In this document: piece after piece, positions 1 to 12,409 of the stretch
Layout: every line of letters begins with the position of its first letter
Position numbering within the stretch: the first letter of the stretch is position 1
Assembly (NCBI GenBank): GCA_038087875.1
Contig: CM075993.1
Location: 8,682,001-8,746,000 of the forward strand
DNA: 64,000 nt
From: Malacoraja senta
Taxonomy: Eukaryota
Direction of reading: 5' to 3'
Made by a program: the position numbers and the translations under genes
Notes under the pieces: generated by a model
The model's database searches: none
Seen by the model: the letters and a program-made list of their open reading frames with translations, nothing else
What the model was told of the DNA's origin: nothing

Positions 1-765
1 CAAGAGAGTTTCAATACAGACTATTTCCAGATGGATAAAAGAAGTCTTAACAGCTGCTGGTATTAACACTTATGTTTTTACGTCTCACTCGACTAGGGCA
101 GCAGAAATGTCGGCGGCCAGGGCAAAAGACGGCCCCGTCGACCATATCCTCGCAGCCGCCGGGTGGTCCAATGAGTTGATGTTTCAACATTTTTACCATC
201 GGCCTATTGTTAATGCGGGGTTGTTTGCAGAAACTATTTTAAGTTCTGTGTAAATTCCTCTGGTTTAAAGGGGATCTGATTCATTTCATTCTTGAAATGA
301 ATTACTGCATTTGTGGTACAAATGTTATTATGAATGCATGATTGATTATTCTCGTTCCGAGTCAATCTATGCAGTGAGAAGCCGGGATTGATCCACGGCA
401 TGAAATCACAAAGCTTTAAAATCTTCACGTAGTCACTCACGTGACTCCGAAGTAAAATAGTAAGATTAAACGAGAACTTACCTAAGTTTGAAGTTTGATC
501 TTTATTTTATGAGGAGTTACGTAGGTGATTACGTGCCCACCACGACCCTACCCTCTATCATAAAGGTCAGATGGAAGTTCTTGTCTTACTCGTTTTAGTA
601 TGAGACTATATTACTTCGGTTGTTGTTTTTTGTGATTTCACACCGCTGCTTTGAAGATTGACGCGCAGGCGCACTGGCGGGGTTCTTCACGTAATCACCT
701 ACGTAACTCCTCATAAAATAAAGATCAAACTTCAAACTTAGGTAAGTTCTCGTTTAATCTTACTA
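1..765 (+). mobile_element. 3' end of a DIRS-like retrotransposon
   Basis: The recombinase ORF is followed by a perfect 78-bp inverted repeat (458-535 vs 688-765), consistent with the DIRS internal complementary region and right terminus. Confidence 0.8.
2..253 (+). CDS. C-terminal part of a DIRS-type tyrosine recombinase (open at the window start)
   Basis: Frame 2 reads KRVSIQTISRWIKEVLTAAGINTYVFTSHSTRAAEMSAARAKDGPVDHILAAAGWSNELMFQHFYHRPIV...SSV*. It contains HSTR (H-x-x-R), GW and F-x-x-F-Y motifs typical of DIRS tyrosine recombinases. It is absent from the ORF track because there is no start codon in the window. Confidence 0.88.
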   Translation, partial: KRVSIQTISRWIKEVLTAAGINTYVFTSHSTRAAEMSAARAKDGPVDHILAAAGWSNELMFQHFYHRPIVNAGLFAETILSSV

Positions 766-809
766 GTCCTCAGCATCCATGCATTAGTCTAGTTTGGATA
801 CCGATCTAT

Positions 810-1255
810 TACAGATGCATACGGCACAGAAAGAAGCCCTTCAGCCCAACTTGTCAATGACAACCAACGTTCCCCATCTATGCAGGATACACCTGCCCGT
901 GTTTGGCCCGCATCCCTTTAAATCTTTCCTATCCATGTACCTGTCCAAATATCTTTTAAATGTTGCAATTATACCATCCTCCACTATCTCCTCTAGCAGC
1001 TCATTCCATACACCTTCAACCCTGAGTGAAAGGTTGCCCCACAGATTCCGATTAAATCTTTCCTCTCACCTTAGACTTATGTCCTCTGGTTCTTGATTCC
1101 CCTACCCTGGGTGAAAGAATCGATGTATTCACTCAATCTTCCCCTCATGATCTTATACACCTCTAGAAGATAACCCCTAAGCCTCCTGCACTAGAGGGAA
1201 TAAAGTCCCAGCTTGCTCAACCTCCCCTGTAGCTCAGACACTTGAGTCCTAGCAA
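810..1255 (-). mobile_element. CR1 LINE 3' fragment
   Basis: Similar to the other CR1 3' ends in the window (e.g. 36775-37200), approximate bounds. Confidence 0.65.
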
Positions 1256-2193
1256 CATGAACCATTCTATCAACAATTACAGAGCGGTCCTGACCTACCA
1301 TTTACCTCAATGGAGACCCTCGGACTATCTTTAATCAAACTTATCGTGCACTATACATTGTGTGTAGGAAGGAACTGCAGATGCTGGTTTAAACCAATGA
1401 TAAACACAAAAAGCTGGAGTAACTCAACTGGTCAGGCAGCATCTCTGGAGAGGAATAGGTGACATTTCAGGCCGAGATCCTTTTTTAGACTGACCCTTGA
1501 CCCCTAGGAGAAGAACAGTTATATTTGTTATCATTTTCTGGTCATGAAGTCTGACTTCTGTGCGTTGAATATCTTGGAGGTCTTGAACTGTGTTTTTTTT
1601 TTATTTGACTAAGTGATTCATGTCAAGAGTGTAGGAAGGAACTGCAGGTGCTGGTTTAAACCGAAGATAGACACAAACATTGGAGTAACTCAGCGGGTCA
1701 GGCAGCATCTCTGGAGCAAAGAAGTTTCAGAAGAAGGTTCTCAACCCGAAACGTAGCCTATTCCTTTTGTCCAGAGATGTTGTGCGAACTGCTGAGTTAC
1801 TCCAGCTTTTTACATCCATCTATATTACTAAAAGTAAGATCTTGACCACTTCCTGTTTTTCTGTTTCATGATTTTTGAAAAAACGCTGCCAATTACGGCT
1901 GTGATTTTTGGCCATCTTACTCAGAGTCCCCCTCCGTTGCGCAGGACAAGAGGACTTTTCCCATCGATGAAAAATAAAAGAGTTATTAATGTTTTAAAAA
2001 TGTTGACATTCTCTCTGCTGCCCCTGCTGGTGGGAGGGGGGGGCGGGACTATGAAACCCGGAAGTGTTGTGCCTCACTCAGTCTCTGCAAGATGGAGGAA
2101 GCGAGAGGGTCACGTCTCTCTGAGCTGTGAATAACACTGAACACATGTCTACTCAACTGTGAGTGCCCTTAATGTGGTTTGAAAATGAAAATG

Positions 2194-2390
2194 TAGTTGT
2201 TGGTGATGGTAACTGCTTTGAAATGCTGCACTGCAAATGGTTGTTGGTGGTGGTAACTGCTTTGAAATGATGCACTGCAAATGGTTGTTGGTGGTGGTAA
2301 CTGCTTTGAAATGCTGCACTACAAATAGTTGTTGGTGGTGGTAACTGCTTTGAAGTGCTGCACTGCAAATAGTTGTTGGTGGTGGTAACT
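2194..2390. repeat. 44-bp minisatellite, ~4.5 copies
   Basis: Unit TGGTTGTTGGTGGTGGTAACTGCTTTGAAATGMTGCACTGCAAA, copies start at 2238, 2282, etc. Confidence 0.9.
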
Positions 2391-2767
2391 TGACAACTTC
2401 CTTTTTGCACTGTATATTGATTTTAGATAAAACGCTACCACTTATGGCTGTGATTTTTGGCCATCTTACTCAGTCGCCCTCTGCTCATCAGGCTCAGAGG
2501 ATTCTTCCCATCAATGAAAAATAAAAGTGTTATTAGTGTTTTAAAAAATGTTGAGAATCTCTCACATGTCAATCACGCCATGAAAGCCACGCCCCTTCCA
2601 GTGGGAGGGGGGAAGGATTATAAAACCCAGAAGTGTGGGTGTGGCTCAGTCTCTGCAAGATGGGGGAGGGAGAGGTCACGACTCTGTCTGGGCTGTGAAT
2701 CAACTGAACACACTGAATGTCTACTGAACTGTGAGTGTGTTGTTTTGTGTGGTTTTATGGTGGTTTC

Positions 2768-3070
2768 ACCCTGCTTGAAATGGTATGAAACTGCATTTGA
2801 ATGTGGTGGCCTTGCACCCTGCATGAAATGGTACTAAACTGTATTTGAATTTGGTGGCCTTGCACCCTGCATGAAATGGTATGAAACTGCACTTGAATTT
2901 GGTGCCCTTGCACCCTGCTTGAAATGGTATGAAACTGCACTTCAATTTGGTTGTCTTGCACCCAGCTTGAAGTGGTATTAAACAACACTAGCATTTGGTG
3001 GCCTTGCACCCTGCTTGAAATGGTAGGAAACTGCATTTGAATTTGGTGGCCTGGCATCCTGCTTGAAATG
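2768..3070. repeat. 48-bp minisatellite, ~6 copies
   Basis: Unit ACCCTGCWTGAAATGGTATGAAACTGCATTTGAATTTGGTGGCCTTGC, copies start at 2768, 2816, 2864, 2912, etc. Confidence 0.9.
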
Positions 3071-4434
3071 GAATTTCAAGGAATAGCCGTGAGTCAACTG
3101 CTCGCCCACAAGTGAGTTACCAGCACATCAGGCTTGAGTGACTGAGCTGTCATCCCAAGAATCCATTTGGCCCACAATGTCCATACTAGCCCTCTGGAAA
3201 CCAGTCCCTTCAGCCCACAATACCCATACTAGTGCTCCAGAAAGCCCCCCCCCCTCCAGTGGCCACAGATCCCACTTAGTCTAGTGTTGTACTATGCATT
3301 CATCCCTTTATCCTGTATCTGTATGCAGCGGATGGCACGGTTGTAATCATGTTTAGTCCTTCCATTGATTGGATAGCACGCAACAAAACGCTTTTCACTG
3401 CACCTCAATACACGTGACAATAAACCAAACAAAAAACAAAAAAAACATGATCGTAAATCTTCTCTGCACACTTTCCAGGTTAAAACTAAAACTGGACATG
3501 TCGGACTGTGAAGATCTCTGCGGGTTGGGAACATTTGTCTGCTCACCTGCTGCTTTAACCACCCACTCCTCTCCTCTCCCAAAGCCCACGTGGTTCTGTG
3601 AGGTCTCCCTCTGCCTGCCTCAACACTCCTTTATCACCAGCTCGACAATTACTTTTCATTAAGCAGCTATGACTTTCCTGTCGATATTCATTCAGGAGCT
3701 CAGTCATCAGCCGATGTCACCTGAGTGGGCTGGTGATGAACAAGCTGAAGGGTCTCGACCCGAAACACCACCCATTCCTTCGATCCAGAGATCCAGAGTT
3801 ATTCCAGCTTTTTGTGTCTATCGAGGCAAATATCTCCCCACCCTCAGCTTCTAATGCTATGACTGTGGTCATCTATCCCAGAAACATTTCCAGGTTAGTT
3901 CACAGTGTTTACGTTTAACAACAGCTCATGCAGTTGTACACACTCAAGTCATCCTACACAAATCCCATTAACAGGGAATGGCAGATTAGAAGCTGGTGTG
4001 CGGTCAGCATGTATCTAATACCTGTCACCTATTAACGTCCACCAAAGAACTACACTTAATCCAAACGAAATATAACATGCTGGAAATACCAGGAGTGTCA
4101 GGCAGCATTAGTAGTGGGAGAAACAGGGCCAAGTATCAAGTCTGGTTCAGAACTGGGTCTATGATAAAAACAAGAGTGTTGCAGAGAGAGAGGAGGTTGG
4201 GGTGGGGGTGGGGGTGGGGGTGGGGGGGGGGGATTATGGAGGGTCTAGTGAAAGGGTAGAGATCAAGGTTGTTCCAAAACCTCACAACCTTCTGAGAGGA
4301 GACATTTTGCTTCCGTTCCATCCTTAAAGGGTCTGACCTGAAACATCACCTATCCATGACATACACCAATTGGGTGGGGAGACAGCAGACAGGCCACAGG
4401 TCCCGTCCTAGTTGTTGTAAACGTTGCCCAATAT

Positions 4435-5330
4435 TTGTTTTATTTCAAAATAGACTTTATTCAAGTAATAAATAAATACAATACAGGAACTGTGCAAAAA
4501 ATTTCATCCAACATTTTCGGAGGCTATACCAACATTGAAACTGTTTACACAAATCACACACATTTATCCCCCACCCCTTGCCACTCATGTGGCCCACTGG
4601 CGTGGAATCCCTTCCCTTATTTTGAGGGGCATCTCCACCACACCCTGCCCCCCATGTCCAGCAGCGGAAGGACCCTAGACTGTGGTCCTCCCCCACCGAG
4701 CCTTGGCGTTGGCTGCACCGAGCTTCAGTGAGTCCCTCAGCACGTACTCCTGCAGTCTGCAGCGGGCCAGTCGGCAACATTCCCCGATGGACATCTCGCT
4801 CCGCTGGGAGGTCAACAACGCTCGGGCAGACCAAAGAGCGTCTTTCACCGAGTTGATGACCTTCCAGTAGCACTCAATGTCCGTCTCTGAATGCGTCCCT
4901 GGGAACAGTCCGTAAATCACAGAGTCCTCTGTGACGGGGCTGTTGGGAATAAACCGTGACAGGGACCCTTGCATACTTCTCCAGACTCTCTTTGCAAATC
5001 CACACCCTGCAAAGAGGTGGGCAACCGTCTCCTCTCCATAGCTGGCGTCCTGAGGGCAGCGTGCGCTGGTGGTGAGGTTCCGACGGTGCAGGAAGGATCT
5101 GACTGGGAGGGCTCCCCTCACCGCCAGCCAAGCCAGGTCTTGGTGCTTGTTGGTGAGTTCTGGCGATGAGGCATTTTGCCAGACAAGCTGGGCAGTCTGC
5201 TCTGGGAACCACGCCACAGGATACATGGAGTCATTTCCCTGCAGTGCCTGCAGGACGTTCCATGTTGACCACTGCCCGATGAACTTGTGGTCAACGCCAG
5301 CCCTGCCGTGGACCTGTTGCGATCCTCTCC
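4435..5330 (-). mobile_element. Tx1-clade (L1 group) non-LTR retrotransposon, 5'-truncated 3' end
   Basis: ORF 4675..5355(-) has a zf-RVT-like C-terminus (DLAWLAVRGALPVRSFL...CP...EETVAHLFAGC, ALWSAR). It is followed by AATAAA and an A-rich tail at ~4435-4460. Confidence 0.82.
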
Positions 5331-6014
5331 AATGCCCCCATAGGAAATCCTTCAACCTTCCTTTGGGGGAGTGTTACCTGTGTGAACAAGAGTCTCTCTA
5401 ATAACTTCGAGGGATGACGATGAGACTTCAATGAAAATGAAGCTGGGCGATGGCTTCTTTTGAACAGACACAGTCCAGCATCTGGTTGCCATGGTGCGTT
5501 GCTAACACACAATTACTATGCAGAATGTGCTATCCATAGATAAGAAGCCAGAGAATCATCTTTTCCAGCAGAGCTCCACACATTTCCATCAGTGCTGTTC
5601 TTCCGGTAAGTCTTGTGTACAACTGACCTCTACCTGTTCTTTCACTCACCTTTCCCCTCCCTCAGCCAACACCCACCACTTGTGTCACCCCTCATCTCCC
5701 AGCCTGTCGCACCCCTCCCCCTTCCCCCCCCGCCCCCCCTCACCAACTTTGATCTTGTCTCAATTCCCAATTCCCTGGTGAGCCAAAGGGCTTGTTTACA
5801 TTCTGTATATTTTAGTCAATCAAAACATTATATACAGTTTTATGATTTTGGCAAAAGCCTGGGTGGTTGATGGTCAGTATGGAATCGATGGGCTGAAAGG
5901 CCAGTTTCACTCCTATATCTCCCCACGACTCTGACTATAATTCCATTGGCCTCCAGGCCAGTGTGGGAACTGCAGTTAGAGCCAGGGATGGCCAACAAAG
6001 ATGTGTGGATTGTT

Positions 6015-6575
6015 TTTAGTTTACTTTAGAGATACAGCGTGGAAACAGGCCCTTCGGCCCACCGAGTTCGCATTGGCCAGCAATCTCTGCGGACTAACAC
6101 TATCCAACACACACTAGAGACAATTGTACATTTATACCAAACCGATAAACTGAAGATAGAGCTGACACAGTGTGGAAACAGGCCCTTCTGCCCAACTTGC
6201 CCACACCGCCAACATGCCACCAGCGACACTAGCCCACCTGCCTGCGTTTGCCCATATCCCTCCAAACCTGTCCTATCCATGTAGCTGTCTAACTGTTTCT
6301 TAAACGTTGGGATAGTCCCAGCCTCAACTACCTTCCTCTGGGGCTTGATCCGCACACTCACCACCCTTTGTGTGAAAAGGTTACCCATCAGATTCCTATT
6401 AAATCTTTTCCCCTTCACCTTAAAATCCCTGTCACCTTAAGATCTCGGAGAAAACCCATGCGGTCACGGGAGAACGTACAAACTCCGTACAGACAGCACC
6501 CGTAGTCGGATCGAACCCGGGTCTCTCGCAATGTAAGCGCTGCAAGGCAGCAACTCAACTGCTGCACCACTGTGG
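6015..6575 (-). mobile_element. tRNA-derived SINE interrupted by a CR1 3' fragment (~6155-6425)
   Basis: SINE tail at 6015-6140, SINE head with B-box (GGTTCGATCC on the - strand) at ~6510-6520, CR1 sequence between them. Confidence 0.65.
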
Positions 6576-7064
6576 TTAAACACACAATGCTAGAGTACTC
6601 AGCGGGACAGGCAGCATCTTTGGAGAGAGGAATGGTGACGTTTTGGGTCGAGACCCTTCTTCCATTCCTTCTCTCCAGAGTTGCTGGGTTACTCCAACAT
6701 TTTCTGTCTATCTTCGGTGTAAACCCTGGTGAGGAGAACTGGTGAAACCTGGGATCCCACGTAGGAATGCCAATGCCTCCTTCTCTAGCTAACGGACATG
6801 GGCCCTTCCTGGCTGCTGCCCATAATGGAGACATCACAAGAAAGCTTTGATGTGCGAGTTGTGTGTGACTGGCCTGATTTTGGACTGTACAGAGGATGGA
6901 TCAAAGTTCATAGTATTGTACAGCACATGAGAAGGTTTTCGACCCATCACGTCCATTCTGACCATTGTACCTACCCACACGACATCCATTCACTGTATTT
7001 GGTCCGTAGTCCTCTATGTCTTTCAAGTGTTCATCTGATGCTTCTTAATGTTGCCCACCCTGAG

Positions 7065-7250
7065 TGGGTGTGAGTATGTGAGGGAGTGGGTGAGGGGTGA
7101 GTGTGTGGATGAGGGTGTGAGGGTGTGTGAGTGTGTGTGTGTGTGTGTGTGGGTATGTGAATGTGTGGGTATGTGAGTGTGTGCATGTGAGTGTGTGCAT
7201 GTGTGAGTGGTGTGTGAGTGTGCGGTGAGGTGTGAGTGTGTGGGTGTGTG
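7065..7250. repeat. Degenerate (GT)n/(GTGA)n microsatellite
   Basis: Directly visible; produces the spurious His/Thr-rich ORFs. Confidence 0.9.
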
Positions 7251-7616
7251 AGACAATAGACAATAGACAATAGGTGCAGGAGTAGGCCATTTGGCCCTTC
7301 GAGCCAGCACCGCCATTCAATGTGATCATGGCTGATCATCCCCAATCAGTACCCCGTTCCTGCCGTCTCCCCATATCCCCTGACTCCGCTATTTTTAAGA
7401 GCCCTATCTAGCTCTCTCATGAAAGCATCCAGAGAACCGGCCTCCACCGCCCTCTGAGAAAAGTGTTTCCTTGTCTCCATTCTAAATGGCTTACTCCTTA
7501 TTCTTAAACTGTGGCCCCTGGTTCTGGACTCCCCCAACATCGGGAACATGTTTCCTGCCTCTAGCTGTGTCCAAACCATTACAATCTTATATGTTTCAAT
7601 GAGATCCCCTCTCATC
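7251..7616 (-). mobile_element. Young CR1 LINE 3' end with (CTATTGT)n tail
   Basis: ORF RGDLIETYKI...RTRGHSLRI; tail AGACAATAGACAATAG on the + strand. Confidence 0.85.
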
Positions 7617-7881
7617 TCATTTTAGATCCCACTACTTTTCAAGAATGTAATCCCTGTGTGAAATGAAAGGTGCTGTATAATATATTATATATTATCTGTG
7701 TGTTATTGCGTTTATGGGCCTGTTAAGATGCAGTAATAATTTTATTTCTCCATCGTTAATACGTATGACAACTAAATACTCTTGCCATTGGATTTGCTTT
7801 CCTGTATTCACCAACACCAGTGGGTGAATTGGTCAATGGATATATCTCTAGATATTGGTAAATATATTGCAATAATATATG

Positions 7882-8165
7882 GTGGCAATGTGGCGTAGCG
7901 TAGAGTTGCTGCCTTACAGCGCCAGAGACCCAGGTTCGATCCTGACTACGGATGCTGTCTGTACGGAGTTTGACATTCTATCCGTGACCTGCGAGGTCCT
8001 CCAATTTTCTCCCACACTCCAAAGACATACAGGTTTGTAGGTTAATTGCCTTCAGTAAAATTGGAAATTGTTCCCCCTGTGTGTCGGATAGCGTGAGTGG
8101 GAGCAGGATTGGTGGCCGACGCAGACTTGGTGGGCCAAAGGGCTGCGCTGTATCTCTGAGCTAAA
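7882..8165 (+). mobile_element. tRNA-derived SINE
   Basis: A-box-like TGGCGTAGCGTAG, B-box GGTTCGATCC, 3' CTGTATCTCT..CTAAAC tail. Confidence 0.8.
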
Positions 8166-8479
8166 CACTCATTATGGTTTCTCAAGACATCAGTTTGAAA
8201 ACTCCAAAGCCAGGCAGTGGACTTTTGTCTGCATCAAGCATTCAGCTAGCCAGAAAGACCTTAATAGAGCCCTCAGGTAGCATCTCACCATCAAGAGAAT
8301 TGATTGCTGTCCTTGGGAAAATCAGGCAATCAGCCGAAACAAAGGCAATTAACAAAACCAGCAGCTGCCACTTTATCTTCAGCAGCTTTTCAAATTTGTT
8401 AAAGAGGCAAAGAATTGAAATGATCTGAAGTTTATAAAAGTATTACAATAATTGAGATAGAAGTGTCCAATAAATTATC

Positions 8480-8729
8480 GAAGATAGACACAAAATGCTG
8501 CAGTAACTCAGCGGACAGGCAGCATCTCTGGATAGAAGAATGGGTCATGACGTTTCGGGTTGAGACCCTGTTTCCTTCTGCCATTCTTCCTCTCCTGAGA
8601 AGGGGCTCGACCCGAAACAGTCACCCATTCCTTCTCTCCAGAGATGCGGCCTGTCCCGCTGAGTTACTCGCTGCGTTTTGTGTCTATCTTCGGTTTAAAC
8701 CAGCATCTGCTGTTCATTTCTACACGTTT
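8480..8729. mobile_element. Penelope-derived short element made of two inverted halves, with 16-bp TSD
   Basis: TSD TGTCCAATAAATTATC at 8464-8479 and 8730-8745. The halves ~8480-8570 and ~8600-8690 are reverse complements, each with a degenerate hammerhead-like motif. Confidence 0.78.
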
Positions 8730-10290
8730 TGTCCAATAAATTATCCTTGGCTCCTTATGATGGAAGTGGAATAATGCATGGTGCAGACATTGAAGTATTT
8801 CAACAAGAAATGAAAGTGATTGAAAGAGGCTGAAATCCTTCAAGTTCTCATTTAGGACGTTCTGGTCAACCTACACCAGCTGGAGAAATAATCTCAAGGG
8901 AAATTTTCAATGGATAGAAACAGGCTAGAACGGCAAAACCTGGCTTGATCTGCTCATGTTTATGACCAACTCTCACTATCTATGGATTCACTTCCATTCA
9001 CTGAATGGTTAAAATCTATTATGACTTTAGGTCTGATTACTGCAGCATAGTGTGTTAGACCAAGTACCTTCAGCAATGAATACTTTTCATAATTCCAAAT
9101 CCTCTGATCAGAATCCCATGAGAATTTGACCTGGACACTGTTGAGCATAAAACTTATCAGAGAATATTCCAACCTCTGGACTATCCCGGACTGACAGACA
9201 GGACTGGAGTATTTCAGGCAGAATGTGGAAAGTGGGCAACAACTGAGCAATGATTTAAACATACAACCTCCTGATGGAGGATGTGGAGAAGACATTTCCT
9301 CTGATGGGAGAAGGTAAGACTAGGAATTGTTATTTAAAATAAAACATGTTGCACATTTAAGATGAGATGCAGTGAAGATTTTTCTTTCAGAGGCTTGTGT
9401 GTCACAGTTACACGGCACAGAAACAGGCCACCCAGTCCAACTTACCCAAGCCAAACCAAACAGGTTGCCTATCTGAGCTGATCCCAATTTGCTGCATTTG
9501 GCTCTTATCCCTCTAAACCTTTCCTATCCATGTATCTGTCCAAATCCGCTATCTTAAGAGCTAGATAGGGCTCTAAAGATAGCGGAGTCAAGGGATTTGA
9601 GGAGAAAGCAGGAACGGGTACTGATTGTGGATGATCAGCCATGATCACATTGAATGGCGGTGCTGGCTCGAAGGGCCGAATGGCCTACTCCTGCATAAAC
9701 CTATTGTCTATCACTTACCTGTTGTAATTATACCCACCTGTACCACTTTCTCTGGCAGCTCTTGGCTGCACCAACCAATGTCTTGTATGTTGTTACATGA
9801 TGTCCCATCTTCTGTTCTCAATGCTCTGAACAGCAAAGGCAAGCATGCCATATGCCTTTATCTGTGCATGGTATATCTGACCTGTTTGGATAGCAACGCT
9901 TTTCACTGTACCTCGATAGGTGACGTTTCAGTTCCTGTTTAGTAAGAGTGCCAAAGGTTTAGGGGAGAAGGCAGGAGAATTGGGATTGAGAGGGAAAGAT
10001 AAATCAGCCATGATTGAATGGTGGAGTAGACTCGATGGGCCGAATGGCCTAATACTGCTCCTATGTCTTACGGACTTAGAACCAGGTCATTCGGTCCACC
10101 ATAACCATGTTGGAGGGATATGGACCAAGCGCAGGCAGGTGAAACACGTGTAGCTGGGACATTGATGGCCGGTGTGGGCAGGTTGGGCCAAAGGGCCTGT
10201 TTCCACACTGTATCGCTCTATGACTCTAATAGCCAAATATCACCATCAGCCAAGTTAGAGAATGAGGCCAGCAAGGAGAACATTGGAGTA

Positions 10291-10768
10291 AGACAATAGA
10301 CAATGGACAATGGACAATAGGTGCAGGAGTAGGCCATTTGGCCCTTTGAGCCAGCACCGTCATTCAATGTGATCGTGGCTGATCATCCCCAATCAGTACC
10401 CCGTTCCTGCCTACTCCCCATATCCCCTGACCGCTATCTGTCCTATCTAACTCTCTCATGAAAGCATCCAGAGAACCTGCCTCCACCGTCCTCTGAGGGA
10501 GAGAATTCCACAGACTCACCACTCTCTGTGAGAAAAAGTGTTTCAACTTCTCCGTTCTAAATGGCTTACTCCTTATTCTTAAACTGTGGCCCCTGGTTCT
10601 GGACTCCCCCAACATCTGGAACATGTTTCCTGCCTCTAGCGTGTCCAAACCCTTAACAATCTTATATGTTTCAATGAGATAACCTCTCATCCTTCTAAAC
10701 TCCAGAGTGTACAAGCCCAGCTGCTCCATTCTCTCAGCATATGACAGTCCCGCCATCCCGGGAATTAA
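10291..10768 (-). mobile_element. Young CR1 LINE 3' end
   Basis: ORF 10364..10783 (LIPGMAGLSYAERMEQLGLYTLEFRRMRG...FFSQRVVSLWNSLP) with the same repeat tail as 7251. Confidence 0.88.
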
Positions 10769-11659
10769 GTATTCAATTGACAAAATACCAGAAAAGGGTT
10801 AAAGGATTTTGGCCATTATTCTGAGCTGCTGCCATTGCCCTGGTACCTGCTGTTCTTTGTGGTTATTACATGTAAAATTACTCAGCACATCCTGGCTCAC
10901 TCTGTTTACAGCCGTTTTGGCAACACCTATAATAATATTTCCATCTATTTATGTTAATATAATCCTCTAAAGAAGCTGTGTATTTTGATAATGTATTGCA
11001 ATAAGTATTCGGTATATGGCCTTTTAAATGGTGTTTGACAAAATGTTATGACGCGAAAATGAAATGACTGGCATGTTGTATAAAAGGGATATGACTTGTG
11101 TGTACGCTTTTGCTCATTGCTATCTCTCCACTTCTCCCTTTCACTTCCACTACTGTTTTTTATCTCCTCTATTCATTTTCTATCCCTCTCTCCAACTCCA
11201 ATCTCACTATCCTCCTGTTCTCTCACCCCTCTCTCTAAACTCCATGGTTCTAGATAGGGTGGAGAATGGGTTAGTATTGAGACCATTCCTCAATGTTCAG
11301 AAATATAGTTCATTGGATATATATTTCATAAGATAACTTTGAAAATAGGGAGTGTAGACAGGAACTGCAGATGCTGGTATATACCAACGAAAGGCACAAC
11401 GTCCTGGAGCAACTCAGCAGGTCAGGTGGCACCTCTGGAGAAAATGGATGGGGGACGTTTCGGGTTGGGACCCTTCTGCAGACTCAAAACGTCATCCATC
11501 ATTTTTCTCCAGAGATGCTGCCTGACCCGCTGAGTTACTTCAGCGCTTTGTGTCTATCTTCAAAAATAGGAAGCCTGGTTAACTGTGAAGAGGATCAAAG
11601 GAGTCACAGACTAATTAATAGATCGGACAGTTGTTGGAGAGAATTAAATCCAGGGATGT

Positions 11660-12030
11660 TCAAGATTCAAGAGAGTTTATTGTCATGTGTCCCAGATAGG
11701 ACAATGAAATTCTTGCTTTGCTTCAGCACAACAGAACATAGAAGGCGTGAATACAGAACAGATCAGTGTGTCCATATACCATTGTATAATATATACACAC
11801 ATGAATAAATAAAACAGATAAAGTGCAAATAAACAGATAATGGGCTATTAATGTTCAGAGTATTGAGTTCAATAGCCTGATGGCTGTGGGGAAGAAACTG
11901 TTTCTGAACCTGGACGTTACAGTCTTCAGGCTCCTGTACCTTCTACCTGAAGGTAGCGGGGAGATGAGTGTGTGGCCAGGATGGTGTGGGTCCTTGATGA
12001 TGCTGCCAGCCTTTTTGAGGCAGCGACTGA
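11660..12030 (-). mobile_element. Rex1/Babar-like LINE 3' fragment
   Basis: Reverse complement of the 22150-22530 copy (KKAGSIIKDPHHPGH...PSGRRYRSL). Confidence 0.75.
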
Positions 12031-12409
12031 AGTATGAAGTGATCGAGTTTTGGTGAGTAAAAACCTCAGTAAAATTTTTTTAAACAGGGAACGGAAAGTT
12101 GAGTAAGAACTTTTTAAAAGAGGACATCCTTAAAATGAAGTTGAATGAAAATGTTCATGAGGTGTAAGCAGAAACACAGACAACAAGAGCAGAGGGTGTG
12201 ATGGGGACCCAGATGGAATCGAGCGCCGTAAGGACAAGTCTCTGTTACAGCAGTGTTGCAAGACTTTGTGAGAAGAGATAACAGAAACTGATAACACACA
12301 CATTTTGATGAGATTTCATTGAGGATTCAAAATGAGGATTTATTGCCATAGTGGAAGTGAAAGAGGAAGTGTGGAGAGACAGCGTTGAGCAAGAGCAGAA
12401 ATACAGGCA

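Larger units (their letters stand above)
1819..3284 (+). mobile_element. Non-autonomous Helitron-like element with internal duplication and minisatellites
   Basis: Starts A|TCTATATTACTAAAAG (1819) and ends CCCACTTAGTCTAG|T (3284): TC...CTAG termini inserted between A and T, no TSD. Internal imperfect direct repeat ~1865-2165 vs ~2415-2735. Confidence 0.7.

Noticed and set aside
2194..3070. Regularly spaced repeats as a CRISPR-like array
   Set aside because: Head-to-tail tandem units without unique spacers, in eukaryotic context.
8174..8428. 84-aa ORF in apparently unique sequence
   Set aside because: No recognisable homology or splice context on either strand.
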